From: Candidatus Aminicenantes bacterium | Lineage (GTDB): Bacteria; Acidobacteriota; Aminicenantia; Aminicenantales; JAFGBC01 | Direction of reading: 5' to 3' | DNA length: 64,000 nucleotides | Assembly: GCA_963702005.1 (NCBI GenBank) | Contig: OY969696.1 | Span: 1,952,001 to 2,016,000 of the forward strand | Shown: positions 37,986 to 48,537 of the stretch, one piece after another | Layout of the letters: each line of letters begins with the position of its first letter | How positions within the stretch are numbered: position 1 is the stretch's first letter | Notes under the pieces: model-generated | The model's database searches: none | What the model was told of the DNA's origin: nothing | The model's input: the letters and a program-made list of their open reading frames with translations, nothing else | Made by a program: the position numbers and the translations under genes

Positions 37986-40900
37986 ATGCGATTTCATTCC
38001 CTTCAATCCCTTATAATCAAAACAGCCCTGGCCGCCCTCTGTGTCGGCCTGATCCTGCCGGCCTCGTACTCGACGGCGTTCGCCCAGGAGAAGAAGGAGC
38101 CGGTCAAGACGCCGCCGGCCCAACCCCAGACCCAAGTACTGGCCCAGCCGCAAGCTCCGGCGCAGGCTCAAGAGCCTAAGGCCGAGATCAAGCCCGAAGC
38201 CAAGCCCGAACCCAATTCGCAGACGGGCGCCCTGACCTCGAAGGACTTCGACCAGTTCTCCTGGCGCCATATCGGCCCCTGGCCGTTCTCCGGGCGGATC
38301 ACGAACTTCGCCGTCCCGCGCGGTCAAAGCCAGACCTACTACGTCCTCACGGCGACGGGCGGACTATGGAAGACCGTGGACGGCGGCATCCATTTCGATC
38401 CCCTGTTCGAGAAATACGGCACGATGAGCATGGGGTATCTGGCCATCGCGCCCTCCAACCAGGATATCCTCTATTTAGGGACTGGCGAGTCCATCCACGC
38501 CCGGGCCGCCTATCACGGCAGGGGGATGTTCAAGTCCACCGACGCCGGCAAGACCTGGACTCCGGTCGGCCTCGACAAGAGCTTCTTCATCCCCAAGGTC
38601 GAGGTCGATCCCCGCAACCCCGACGTCGTCTATGTCGCGGCCGAGGGGAAACTCTACGATAACGAGATGGACTGCGAGCGCGGCCTCTACAAAACGACGG
38701 ACGGCGGCAAGACCTGGGCCCGCGTCCTTGACCTCAAGGACCGGGGCGTCGCCGACTTCGTCCTGGACCCCAAGAATCCGGACGTCCTGATCGCGGCCGG
38801 CTACAAAATCTTCCGCCGGACCTGGACCTTCATCGATCGCCAGGCCGGGAATTTCCTGTGGAAGACGGCCGACGGCGGCAAGACCTGGAAGAAGCTCACG
38901 GCGGGCCTTCCCGATTTGGCCGCCGTCAAGACCGGGCGCAACGGACTGGCCCTCTACGAGAAGGATCCCAAAATCGTCTATCTCAGGCTCGACGAGGAGA
39001 CGAACCTCGGTCTGAGCGAAGAGGATAACGACGCCCTGTTCGGCGAGACGAGCGTCTTCGAGGACGGCTTCTATTTCAACAAATGGAAGACCTTCAAGAT
39101 CGCCCCCGAGTTGGCCAAGCTCGTCAAGTTCACACCGCCCGCGGCCGACACCGAGAAGGACCTGGCCAAGAAGCTCAACGACCTCGTCAAAGACCGGGCC
39201 TTCCTCAAGACGATCGGCCTGGACTGGACGCCGTTCCTGGCCGCGGCCCGCAAGGTCTACGCCAAGTCCGTTGACAAGAATAAGGATTACACGATTCTCG
39301 ACGAGATCGCCGAGGTCGAGAAGACCGTCAAGCGCGACGCCGAGAAGAAGGACCCGCACCTCAAGATCAACCGCTTGATCCTCCTGGCCTTCTTCGGGAC
39401 TTCGGAGGGCATCTCCTTCAAAGACGACAAGATCACGGTCACGGACGTTGCCAAGATCAAGCTTCAGGCCGACTTCAAAGAGAAGCCGACCTATGACGCC
39501 AAGACGATCAAGGATGAGGCCGACCTCATCGCCAAGATCGCCGAGCTGGCCGTCGATCCCGAGTTCACGATCAAACTCAAGATCAACGCCAAGAGCGTGA
39601 TGAGCACGGCGCTTAAAACATATAAAGACAATAAGGAACTCGCCGAGGCGTTCAAGGACAGCGAGGGGCCGGCCGAGGAATTTGATCAGACTAAATTCCG
39701 CTATCGGACTCTGAACAGCGCGGCCCTCCGGCTCCTATACGGCGGCGCCTTCGGCCTCCTGGAGCCGGTCAAGAAGGCCGGCTTCATCCACCGTTCCGAG
39801 GACCAGGGCGAAACCTGGAAGCGGGTGACCGAGTACGCCCGCTGGGGCGGAAGCGACGTCGTCAACCAGGTCGAGGCCGGCTACAACGGCCGCCTCCTGG
39901 TCGATCCCAACGACGACAAGGTCGTCTACGCCCATGAGACCCGGACGACGATCTCCCGCGACGGCGGCAAGACCTTCAAATTCCCCAACTGGGAGAGCAA
40001 GGGGGTCCATGTCGACTCCCGGGCCGTCTGGGTCGATCCCCTGAATTCCAAGCATATCCTCAACGCCAACGACGGCGGGGTCAGCGAAAGCTGGGACGGC
40101 GGCGACCACTGGTCCCAGAAGGAGACCATCTCCGCCCAGCAGTTCTACGACATTGGCGTCGATAACATGCTGCCCTACAACGTCATGGGCGGCACACAGG
40201 ACAACGGCTGCTGGATCGGCCCTTCCCAGAACCGGAATCCCAACGGCGTCTTTCCGGCCGACTGGCTCTACTTGCCCGCGGGGGACGGATTCTGGACCGT
40301 CCGCGACTGGTGGAACCCGGAGTACATCTACTACGAAAGCCAGTTCGGCTATTCCAACCGGCAGAACCTCGAGACCGGAGAGACGATCTCCCTCTCCCGG
40401 CGCAACACGCCCGAGGAGAACGCGGCCGGCAGTCCCCCCCAGCGCTACCAGTGGAACGCGCCCATCGTGCTGTCGCCCCACAACCCGGGGATCGTCTATG
40501 TCTGTTCCCAGTTCGTCCATCGCTCCCTGTCCCGGGGCGACAAGGACACCTGGGTCGCGATCTCGCCCGACCTGACCAAGGCCGTCAAGGAGCGGATCGA
40601 GCTCTCCAAGAAGACGAACCTCCAGTACGCGACAATCTTCACCTTCGCCGAATCGCCCAAGAAGCCCGGCCTCTACTGGGCGGGCACGGACGACGGAAAC
40701 CTTCAGCTCTCGACCGACGGCGGCGTCAATTGGACGAACATCACGGCGCAGTTCTACGCTAAGGACGGCAAGCCCCATAAGGGCGTCAAGGGGGCTTTCA
40801 TCCCCTTCGACCGCTGGGTCAAACGCGTCCTGCCCTCGCGTTTCGACGAAAAGACCTGCTACGTCGCCTACTCGGGCTATCGGACCCACAACGAAGACAA

Positions 40901-41618
40901 GACCTATGTCCTCGTCACTCGAGACCTGGGCAAGACTTGGGAGGACATCGGCGGCGGCATGAACAACCCGGTCAGCGACATCGAGGAGGATCCTGACAAT
41001 CCCGATGTCCTCTACCTGGCCACCGACTACGGCCTGTTCCTGACCCTCGACCGGGGGAAGAGCTGGGCCAAGTTCTCGACGACGGCGCCCCAGGTCATCA
41101 TCAAGGACCTGGCCGTCCAGAAGCGCGACCGCGATCTCGTCGTCGGGACCTACGGCCGCGGGATCTACATCGCCGATATCTTCCCGGTCAAGGAGTTCAA
41201 GCCCGAGATCTTCGCCAAGGACGCCTATTTGTTCGATATCGAGGACGCCATCCAATGGCAGCGCTTCGACCGGCGCGGGAACGACCTGGGAGAGATCGCC
41301 AAGGCCGAGAATCCGTCGGTCGGGGCGACATTCTATTATTATCTCAAGAACGCCGTTTCCAAGGTCCAGCTGACCGTCAAGGATCTGGAGGGCAATCTCA
41401 TCCAGGAGGTCAAGGGCAAGACCGAGAAGGGCCTCCAGAAGGCTTTCTGGAGCCTGAACAAGAAGGTCGATCCGGACAAGCTCGAGGGCCTGAGCTGGGA
41501 GGAGAGAGGCAAGCTCACGCGGCTCGACCCCGGCAGCTACCTCGTGATCCTGAGCGTTGAAGGCAAGGACGCGGCTGTCAAGAAGGTCCGGGTCCTCGCC
41601 GACCCGACGGCCAAGTGA
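37986..41618 (+). CDS. Large secreted VPS10/BNR beta-propeller glycosyl-hydrolase-like protein with a helical insert
   Basis: WRHIGP..SGRI, KTxDGGxTW repeats, GGTQDNG, GTDDG, GTYGRG. Confidence 0.85.
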   Translation: MRFHSLQSLIIKTALAALCVGLILPASYSTAFAQEKKEPVKTPPAQPQTQVLAQPQAPAQAQEPKAEIKPEAKPEPNSQTGALTSKDFDQFSWRHIGPWPFSGRITNFAVPRGQSQTYYVLTATGGLWKTVDGGIHFDPLFEKYGTMSMGYLAIAPSNQDILYLGTGESIHARAAYHGRGMFKSTDAGKTWTPVGLDKSFFIPKVEVDPRNPDVVYVAAEGKLYDNEMDCERGLYKTTDGGKTWARVLDLKDRGVADFVLDPKNPDVLIAAGYKIFRRTWTFIDRQAGNFLWKTADGGKTWKKLTAGLPDLAAVKTGRNGLALYEKDPKIVYLRLDEETNLGLSEEDNDALFGETSVFEDGFYFNKWKTFKIAPELAKLVKFTPPAADTEKDLAKKLNDLVKDRAFLKTIGLDWTPFLAAARKVYAKSVDKNKDYTILDEIAEVEKTVKRDAEKKDPHLKINRLILLAFFGTSEGISFKDDKITVTDVAKIKLQADFKEKPTYDAKTIKDEADLIAKIAELAVDPEFTIKLKINAKSVMSTALKTYKDNKELAEAFKDSEGPAEEFDQTKFRYRTLNSAALRLLYGGAFGLLEPVKKAGFIHRSEDQGETWKRVTEYARWGGSDVVNQVEAGYNGRLLVDPNDDKVVYAHETRTTISRDGGKTFKFPNWESKGVHVDSRAVWVDPLNSKHILNANDGGVSESWDGGDHWSQKETISAQQFYDIGVDNMLPYNVMGGTQDNGCWIGPSQNRNPNGVFPADWLYLPAGDGFWTVRDWWNPEYIYYESQFGYSNRQNLETGETISLSRRNTPEENAAGSPPQRYQWNAPIVLSPHNPGIVYVCSQFVHRSLSRGDKDTWVAISPDLTKAVKERIELSKKTNLQYATIFTFAESPKKPGLYWAGTDDGNLQLSTDGGVNWTNITAQFYAKDGKPHKGVKGAFIPFDRWVKRVLPSRFDEKTCYVAYSGYRTHNEDKTYVLVTRDLGKTWEDIGGGMNNPVSDIEEDPDNPDVLYLATDYGLFLTLDRGKSWAKFSTTAPQVIIKDLAVQKRDRDLVVGTYGRGIYIADIFPVKEFKPEIFAKDAYLFDIEDAIQWQRFDRRGNDLGEIAKAENPSVGATFYYYLKNAVSKVQLTVKDLEGNLIQEVKGKTEKGLQKAFWSLNKKVDPDKLEGLSWEERGKLTRLDPGSYLVILSVEGKDAAVKKVRVLADPTAK

Positions 41619-42283
41619 CGGTGCCGGGCATGGTCGAATATGGTATCCGAAAAATAGACAGGAACATTCCTGCGGCCCGGATGGAGTCCTACCTCCGCTC
41701 TCTCCCGGCCCTCCGGGTCGATCAATACCTCTGGCTCAAGAACGGCTACCAGCCCCGGGTCGAGGCCAGGCTGTGCTGGTCCGACCGCTTCCTCTACGTC
41801 CACTTTCGGGCCGAGGAGGACAAGGTCCGGCTCCGCTACCGGCGTTTCCAGGACCCGGTCTGGAAGGACAGCTGCGTCGAGATGTTCATCGATCCCTTTC
41901 CCGAGAAGAAGCGTGGCTATATCAACATCGAGACGAACGCGTTGGGGACGGTCCTGGCGGCGTTCGGAAAGGACAGGTCGAGCCGCATTCCTTTCTCGGC
42001 ATCCCAACTCAAGGAAATGGAGGTCGTCCCCTCCATCACCCGGGCCTGCGACGGCTCCCACGGCGCGCCCTTCTGGACGCTGGCTTACCGGCTTCCCCTG
42101 AGCGTCTTTGAAACCTGCTATGGAGAGCCCGTCCGCCCGGGGCGGGTCGGACGGGCGAATTTCTACAAGTGCGGCGACGAAACGGCGGTTCCCCATTACG
42201 GGGCGTGGAGCCGGGTCGATGCGCCGAAGCCTGATTTTCACCGGCCCGAGTATTTCGGGAAGATCGTTTTCGAGAAGGAATAG
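41615..42283 (+). CDS. CBM9-like carbohydrate-binding protein
   Basis: VWKDSCVEMF, YINIETNALG, ANFYKCGD...HY..W, DFHRPEYFG. Confidence 0.85.
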   Translation: MTVPGMVEYGIRKIDRNIPAARMESYLRSLPALRVDQYLWLKNGYQPRVEARLCWSDRFLYVHFRAEEDKVRLRYRRFQDPVWKDSCVEMFIDPFPEKKRGYINIETNALGTVLAAFGKDRSSRIPFSASQLKEMEVVPSITRACDGSHGAPFWTLAYRLPLSVFETCYGEPVRPGRVGRANFYKCGDETAVPHYGAWSRVDAPKPDFHRPEYFGKIVFEKE

Positions 42284-42285
42284 GG

Positions 42286-43347
42286 ATGAGAAGACGGCTC
42301 GTCGTTTTTTTGCTTTGGCCGGCGGCGGTTCTCGGCCTGGCGATGCCCGGGCTGGCCGGCCAGACCCGGCGAACGGTCACGGACAATCTGGGTCGGAGCG
42401 TTTCCGTCCCCGAGCGGGCCGAACGCATCCTCTCCCTCCAGCCCGAGATCAGCCGAATTATCATCGCCCTGGGATCGGGGGAGAGGCTTATCGGCGTCGA
42501 TTATTTCCTGAGGCGTTTCGACCACGTCACTCCCATTGTCTTCCCCCGCTCCGCCGAGCTCCCGCTCGTGACCAGGCTGGGCGAAGACGTCAACCTGGAG
42601 CTCGTCCTCGAGCTCAAGCCGGATATCGTCTTCGTCTCCCCTTCGGAATCGTGGCTGGCCGACTCACTTGAAGCGAAGATCCCGGTGCCGGTCGCGGCTT
42701 TTTCCTCGCTGGGTAGCTTCGACAACCTATTCCGGGAGATGGAGTTCGTCGGCGATTTGATAGGGCGGCGCGGCAGGGCCGATGAACTCGTCCGTTTCGC
42801 CCGCTCCGAGTTGAAAGCCGTCCGTGACGGAGTCGATGCCCGGCCGCCGTCATCCCGGCCCCGGGTTTATCTCGCGTTCTACAGCTCGCTCCTCCGGACC
42901 AATGCCTCCTACGAACCCGTCTCCGCGGCGGGAGGAGACAACGTGGCCGCCGGCCTCCTCCCGATGGCGCTGGGGACAAGGGAGGCCGTGGTTAACGTCG
43001 AGCGGCTCCTCGCTTGGAATCCCGACTTCATCCTCATCCAGGGGAATTATCTCCCTGCCGAGCGGGCCGTGACCAAGGAGGCCATCCTCGAAGACGTCCG
43101 GCTCCGGTCGCTGCGGGCCGTCAAAACCCGCCGCGTCACTTATACCTTCGGATTCTGGTATTGGTGGGATCCGGCCCAGGTTCTCCTCGAGACCCGCTAT
43201 TTGGCCCGGCTGTTCCATCCCGAAGCTTTTCCCGATTTCGACTTCGAGGCCGAAGGAAATCGCCTCTATAAAGCCTTTTACGGCCAGGACGGAGTTTTCA
43301 GCCGCATCTCCAAAATACTGAAATGCGATGAGTGGATCCTTGATTAA
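42286..43347 (+). CDS. ABC substrate-binding protein (Fe-siderophore/B12 class)
   Basis: TDNLGRSV.VP...ERI.SL, NLE.VL.LKPD, VNVERLLAWNPD. Confidence 0.85.
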   Translation: MRRRLVVFLLWPAAVLGLAMPGLAGQTRRTVTDNLGRSVSVPERAERILSLQPEISRIIIALGSGERLIGVDYFLRRFDHVTPIVFPRSAELPLVTRLGEDVNLELVLELKPDIVFVSPSESWLADSLEAKIPVPVAAFSSLGSFDNLFREMEFVGDLIGRRGRADELVRFARSELKAVRDGVDARPPSSRPRVYLAFYSSLLRTNASYEPVSAAGGDNVAAGLLPMALGTREAVVNVERLLAWNPDFILIQGNYLPAERAVTKEAILEDVRLRSLRAVKTRRVTYTFGFWYWWDPAQVLLETRYLARLFHPEAFPDFDFEAEGNRLYKAFYGQDGVFSRISKILKCDEWILD

Positions 43348-44347
43348 ACGAACTGGATTTTGGACGCTCCTATCCGTGCTGTTGCCGCTTCTTATCCTTA
43401 TCCTGTCCCTGGCCGTCGGGTCCTACCGGATTCCGCCCAAGGACCTCTTCCACACCGTAGCCGGCCTCATCGCCCCATCCCGCCATCCTGATCTTCCGGC
43501 GGCCTACAAGGATATCCTGCTCCTTATTCGCCTGCCCCGGCTTCTCCTGGCCCTCGTCGTCGGGGCGTCCCTGTCCTTGTCCGGGGCCGCTCTCCAAGCT
43601 TTGTTCAAGAATCCCCTCGTCAATGAGTACATCCTCGGCATTTCCTCGGGGGCGGGGTTCGGGGCCGCCCTGTCGCTGGTGTTTCTGGGCCGGGGGTTTC
43701 CGCCCCAAGTCGCGGCCTTCGGCTTCGCCCTTCTGGCCGTCGTTGCCGTCTTGGCCATCGCCGGCCGGTCGGAAGCCTTGGTCGTCCCGCTCCTGCTGAC
43801 CGGGGTCGTCGTTTCGGCCTTCTTTCAAGCCTTGCTCGCCCTCGTCGTCTACTTCGCGAGTCCCTACGCTCTCCAGACTCTCTTCTTCTGGCTCATGGGG
43901 AACCTGGCTCTGGGAACTTGGCGCGATGTCCTCCTGGCCGGGCCGGTCATGCTGGCGGCGACCGGCGTTCTCCTCCTCATGCGCTGGCGGCTCAACGTCC
44001 TGTCCATGGGTGAGACCGAAGCCCGTTCGCTGGGCGTCCAGGTCCGGCGTGAGAAGATCCTGGTCATCCTGGTCGCGACCTTGGCCACGGCCGCGGCGAC
44101 CTCGGTCGCCGGCATCATCGGCTGGGTCGGGCTGATCGGTCCCCATCTCGTCCGGATGGCCGTCGGCGCCGAAAACCGGAGGGTCATTCCCCTCTCGGCC
44201 GCCTGCGGGGCGTGCTTCCTGATGCTGGCCGACGACGCCGCCCGGATGGCCGTGTCCTTCGAGATCCCGGTCGGGATTTTCACCAGCATCCTGGGCATTC
44301 CCATCTTTGTCTATCTCCTGAGCAGGGCCAAGAAGGTCTGGCTGTGA
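43328..44347 (+). CDS. FecCD/BtuC-family ABC permease
   Basis: RLPR...GA.LQ.LFKNPL, GETEARSLGV, GWVGLIGPH. Confidence 0.92.
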   Translation: MSGSLIKRTGFWTLLSVLLPLLILILSLAVGSYRIPPKDLFHTVAGLIAPSRHPDLPAAYKDILLLIRLPRLLLALVVGASLSLSGAALQALFKNPLVNEYILGISSGAGFGAALSLVFLGRGFPPQVAAFGFALLAVVAVLAIAGRSEALVVPLLLTGVVVSAFFQALLALVVYFASPYALQTLFFWLMGNLALGTWRDVLLAGPVMLAATGVLLLMRWRLNVLSMGETEARSLGVQVRREKILVILVATLATAAATSVAGIIGWVGLIGPHLVRMAVGAENRRVIPLSAACGACFLMLADDAARMAVSFEIPVGIFTSILGIPIFVYLLSRAKKVWL

Positions 44348-45102
44348 GCATCCGGGTCAGCAACCTAAGCTTCGACTACAAGGATTTCCACCTCCGCATC
44401 CCGGACCTCGAGTTCGAAAAGTCCCGGCTGACCGCGATCGTCGGGCCGAACGGCGCGGGCAAGACGACTTTTCTCAAGTGCCTGGGGTCGCTCCTTCCGA
44501 TTTCGGCCGGGGCCGTCTTCGTTGACGATCGCGACCTCGTCCATTTCAAGAATAGGGAGCGGGCCCGCAGGATCGGCTTCGTGCCACAGGAGCACGGCTC
44601 GGTCTTTAACTACACCGTGCAGGATTTCGTCCTCCTGGGACGGGCCGCCCATCTTTCCGTTTTCGCGACACCCTCCGCCGATGATGAGCGCCTGGCGCGC
44701 GAAGCCCTGGACTACGTCGGCCTGGAGGCTTTCGGCGACCGTCCGATCTCGCAGCTTTCGAGCGGGGAGCGCCGTCTGGCCCTGATCGCCAGGTCCTTGG
44801 CCCAAGCCACCGAGATCCTGCTCATGGACGAGCCCACCACCTTCCTCGACATGAAGCACGAGGTCGAGATTCTCGACTTCATCCTGAAGCTGGCCAAGGA
44901 GAAGGGGAAAACGCTGGTCTGCAGCCTCCATAACCTGGATATGGCCATCAAGTACGCCGATGCCTTGGTTTTCATGAAAGAAGGAGCCGTCCTGGCCGCG
45001 GGCCCGCCCGATTCGGTCCTAAGCGAAGCGCTTCTCGAAAGGGTCTACGACGTCCCGATCCGGATTGTGAGCTTCGACGGCCGCAAAATCATCTTGCGCT
45101 AA
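44344..45102 (+). CDS. ABC ATP-binding protein (FecE/BtuD-like)
   Basis: GPNGAGKT, LSSGE, LMDEPT; GTG start overlaps upstream stop. Confidence 0.92.
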   Translation: MSIRVSNLSFDYKDFHLRIPDLEFEKSRLTAIVGPNGAGKTTFLKCLGSLLPISAGAVFVDDRDLVHFKNRERARRIGFVPQEHGSVFNYTVQDFVLLGRAAHLSVFATPSADDERLAREALDYVGLEAFGDRPISQLSSGERRLALIARSLAQATEILLMDEPTTFLDMKHEVEILDFILKLAKEKGKTLVCSLHNLDMAIKYADALVFMKEGAVLAAGPPDSVLSEALLERVYDVPIRIVSFDGRKIILR

Positions 45103-45105
45103 TTA

Positions 45106-46207
45106 TTGACATACGCATAAATAATGGAATCTTTCCTTGAATTGAGCTATACTATGAGCCATGAGACCTCCAGGAAGCCCCCAGCAACTCGAACAGCGTC
45201 GCCACCGGGCCATCCGATTGCTCCAAAAGGGATTGTCGATGGCCGAGGTGGCCAAAGAAGTCGGGGCCTCGATCAGCTCCGTCTTCCGATGGCAACACGC
45301 CTTCCACAAGAGCGGCTCCAAAGGACTGGAATGCGTTCCCGCGACTGGACGCCCTCCCAAACTCTCTCCCCGGCAGAAAAAGAAAGTCATCGGCCTACTC
45401 TTGCGCGGTCCCGTAGCGTTCGGTTATTCGACGGATCTTTGGACCACGCGGCGAGTCGCCGAAGTGATTGGCAGAGAATTTCGGATCGATTATCATCCCA
45501 ATCATATCTGGCGTGTCCTAATGGGATTGGGATGGAGCTGCCAGAAGCCGGAACGTCGGGCGCGGGAACGCGACGAAGCGACCATCGAAGACTGGAGAAA
45601 AGTCCGCTGGCCGGCCATAAAAAAAAACTCTGGCACGTGGCGCCCATCTGGTCTTTCTGGATGAAAGCGGCTTTCTCCTGCTTCCGCATGTCGTTCGGAC
45701 GTGGGCTCCCCGGGGCCAGACGCCCATCCTTAAACATTTTTATCGGAGAGATCGGGTGTCGGTGATTTCGGCGTTGACACTCTCCCCGAAGAAACGCCGG
45801 TGCGGACTGTTTTTCCGGGTTCATCCCCGGAACATCAAATCGGACGAGGTCGTCGCTTTTCTTCGAGGGTTGTTCCGTCATCTGCGTGGTCCGATCGTTC
45901 TGTTGTGGGATCGGGGCTTGATCCATAGAGGGAAAGCCGTGAAGACCCTTTTGGCCCATCGACAGAAAGTCCAAGAGGAATGGTTCCCGGCTTATGCTCC
46001 AGAGTTGAATCCCGCGGAATACGTTTGGGCGCAATCGAAAAGGAAATTGGCGAATGGATGTCCGCGCGGTACGGCAGAGCTGAATCTGATGGTGCACGCC
46101 AGCCTCACCGAGATTGATTCGTCTCAAAAACTGCTCCGCTCTTGCCTTTTCGCCTCGACCCTTTTTAAACCGAAAGAACTATGTTCCATTATTTATGCGT
46201 AACTCAA
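45106..46207 (+). mobile_element. Complete IS630-family insertion sequence
   Basis: Terminal inverted repeats TTGA(CA/GT)TACGCATAAATAATGGAA; TA duplication at 45104-45105 and 46208-46209. Confidence 0.92.
45161..46202 (+). CDS. IS630 transposase, split at an A9 run (45619-45627)
   Basis: HTH ORF 45161-45664; +1 frame gives VFLDESGF, LLWD and PAYAPELNPAE (DDE domain). Confidence 0.88.
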
Positions 46208-46336
46208 TAATTGGTGATGCTCCACCGTGTCCCTGATTTCCTGATCGCTGGCGGCTAGATACGACGCCCGCCTGAGGCGTGTCTGGACATGGAAAGTGTT
46301 TTAATATAGGCTGGTATCAGTGCCAAGGAGGGCGGT

Positions 46337-48415
46337 ATGAAAACCATGAAAGCCAAAGGGATCGTTTTCTTTCTGTGTATCGCGTGCGCCGCGCTCTTCG
46401 CGGCTCAAACCGGGTCCGGACCCAGCCCGGCCTTGAAACCGGCCGGGGTCGGCGGCTCAGCTCCGATTTACTTTATAGCCAACGGCGGCCAGACCGATGC
46501 TGCGGCGCTCTATTATGCCAGGACGCCGGGTTTTACCCTATGGGTGACCCGAGAGGGCCTGGTTTTCGACCGGATCGAGAAGGATCTAAAAGGCGGGCCC
46601 GGCAGGTCCGTAACCAGGATGGTTTTCAAGAACGCCAACAAAGATGTCAGGGCTGCGGCCTTGGACCCGACCGACTACCGGGTGAGCTATTTCCTGGGGC
46701 GGGACGAGCCCGAGTGGAAGGCGGACATCCCGACCTCCAGGGCCGTCCTCTATAAAAATCTCTACGACGGCATCGACCTCAAAGTCTACGGCATCGACAA
46801 TCAAATCGAATACGATTGGATCGTCGGCCCGAGGGCCAGGCCCGAGAAAATCCGCTTCGCTTATTCCGGAGCGCGAAAGACAAGCCTCGACGGGGAAGGC
46901 AACCTGGCGGTCGAAACCTTGGCGGGCCGAATTCTCCACCGTAAGCCGCGCGCCCATCAGGTCATCGCGGGCCGCAGGGTCGATGTCGAGGCCGCCTTTC
47001 GCGGGACGGGGGAGGGCGCCTACGGTTTCGCGGTCGGGTTTTATGATCGGCGATTCGATCTCATCATCGATCCTCTCGTCCTCGCCTATTCGACTTACTT
47101 AGGCGGGTATAACCAGGACTATGCTCTTAAAATCGCCGTGGATCCGACAGGCGCCGCCTATGTCTGCGGCGCTACGCTCAGTAATGACTTTCCGCCCGTC
47201 ACCCAGACTCTTCCCCGGGAGGATATCTTCGTCACGAAATTTTCCCCGGACGGAAAGAGCTTGATATACACGGCGTTCTTCCCGTCCGCCTATCAAGCCG
47301 AAATCATAGGGATGGCGGTGGACGCCAAAGGCTTCGTTTATCTGGCCGGGTCGACGATGACGGCAAAATTCCCGGTCAAGAACGCTTTCCAGGCCACGGC
47401 CGGCGGCGGAATCGCTGATGGATTTATCCTGAAGCTGGCCAGGAGCGGGAAGAGCCTGATCTATTCATCCTATATCGGCGGGACGAAATTGGACGTCAGC
47501 ACGTCGGTCCGGGCCGACGCGAGCGGCGCGGCTTACATCGGAGGCTACACGGAAAGCCCGAACTTTCCAACCAAGAAGGCTTATCAAAAAACCCTCGGCG
47601 GCCGCAAGGACGCCTTTTTGGCAAAAGTTGCGCCCCTCGGAACCAGTCTTGTTTACTCTACACTCCTTGGGGGCTCCGGAGATGATTATGGTTTGGCCCT
47701 TGCCGCGGACTCCGCCGGCGCCGTTACGATCGCGGGCATTACCGGAAGCCGCCAGTTCCCCATCAAGTCCGCCTTTCAGAAAGGCTACGGCGGGGGGAGC
47801 GGGGATGCGTTCGTCACTAAATTCTCTCCGGCTGGGGACAGCCTGATCTTTTCTTCTTATCTCGGCGGATCGAGCTACGAATGGGCTGGCGATTTGGCCT
47901 TGGACGCGAGCGGAGCTGCTTATGTCGTCGGCGCGACTGAAGGGAGTTTTCCCCTCAAGAACGCGTTTCAGAAAATGCGCAAGGGCGGATATGAAGCCTT
48001 CATCACGAAAATAGCGTCCGGCGGCAAATCCCTCGTCTATTCGAGCTACTTGGGCGGCGGCGGAACGGATGAGGCTAACGGGGTCGCGGTGGACGGAACC
48101 GGTACGGCCTATATCACCGGCTATACCACGAGCCCCAATTTTCCGATCAAGTCGCCCTTCCAGGCCGCCCGCCATGGAAGCCAGGACTGTTTTTTAACGG
48201 TTGTCGACCCGAGCGGTCTCAAGCTCCTGTCCTCGACCTACCTGGGTGGCAGCTACAGGGACGCCGCTTATGGAATTGCCCTCGACACGAGCGGGGCCAT
48301 TTATATCTGCGGCTATACGAACAGCCTCGACTTCCCTCTTCTCACCCCCTATCAGAGCGCGCTGGCCGGAGATATGGACGCCTTTTTCGTCAAATTTTCG
48401 CAGGGGAACGATTGA
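46337..48415 (+). CDS. Secreted SBBP-repeat surface protein
   Basis: FIANGGQ, Y.NLY.GID, IIDP.L.YSTYLGG, repeated G.T.S.NFP....Q. Confidence 0.88.
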   Translation: MKTMKAKGIVFFLCIACAALFAAQTGSGPSPALKPAGVGGSAPIYFIANGGQTDAAALYYARTPGFTLWVTREGLVFDRIEKDLKGGPGRSVTRMVFKNANKDVRAAALDPTDYRVSYFLGRDEPEWKADIPTSRAVLYKNLYDGIDLKVYGIDNQIEYDWIVGPRARPEKIRFAYSGARKTSLDGEGNLAVETLAGRILHRKPRAHQVIAGRRVDVEAAFRGTGEGAYGFAVGFYDRRFDLIIDPLVLAYSTYLGGYNQDYALKIAVDPTGAAYVCGATLSNDFPPVTQTLPREDIFVTKFSPDGKSLIYTAFFPSAYQAEIIGMAVDAKGFVYLAGSTMTAKFPVKNAFQATAGGGIADGFILKLARSGKSLIYSSYIGGTKLDVSTSVRADASGAAYIGGYTESPNFPTKKAYQKTLGGRKDAFLAKVAPLGTSLVYSTLLGGSGDDYGLALAADSAGAVTIAGITGSRQFPIKSAFQKGYGGGSGDAFVTKFSPAGDSLIFSSYLGGSSYEWAGDLALDASGAAYVVGATEGSFPLKNAFQKMRKGGYEAFITKIASGGKSLVYSSYLGGGGTDEANGVAVDGTGTAYITGYTTSPNFPIKSPFQAARHGSQDCFLTVVDPSGLKLLSSTYLGGSYRDAAYGIALDTSGAIYICGYTNSLDFPLLTPYQSALAGDMDAFFVKFSQGND

Positions 48416-48537
48416 GGGATATTATCACCCAATCCGAATAAGCCCGCGATACCGCGCCGATGTCGCCCGAGTATTGATATTGATCTGGGACGGGATTTTT
48501 TATACACTCCGGGCATAACTCTGGGAGGGAATGGAAC

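Noticed and set aside
39735-41255. Long antisense ORFs (also 10001-11548, 12431-13834, 54589-56478)
   Set aside because: Shadow frames expected opposite high-GC genes, with no recognisable motifs
42240-42290. Cobalamin riboswitch or Fur box before the Fe/B12 ABC genes
   Set aside because: Only 2 bp separate the genes and no motif is visible
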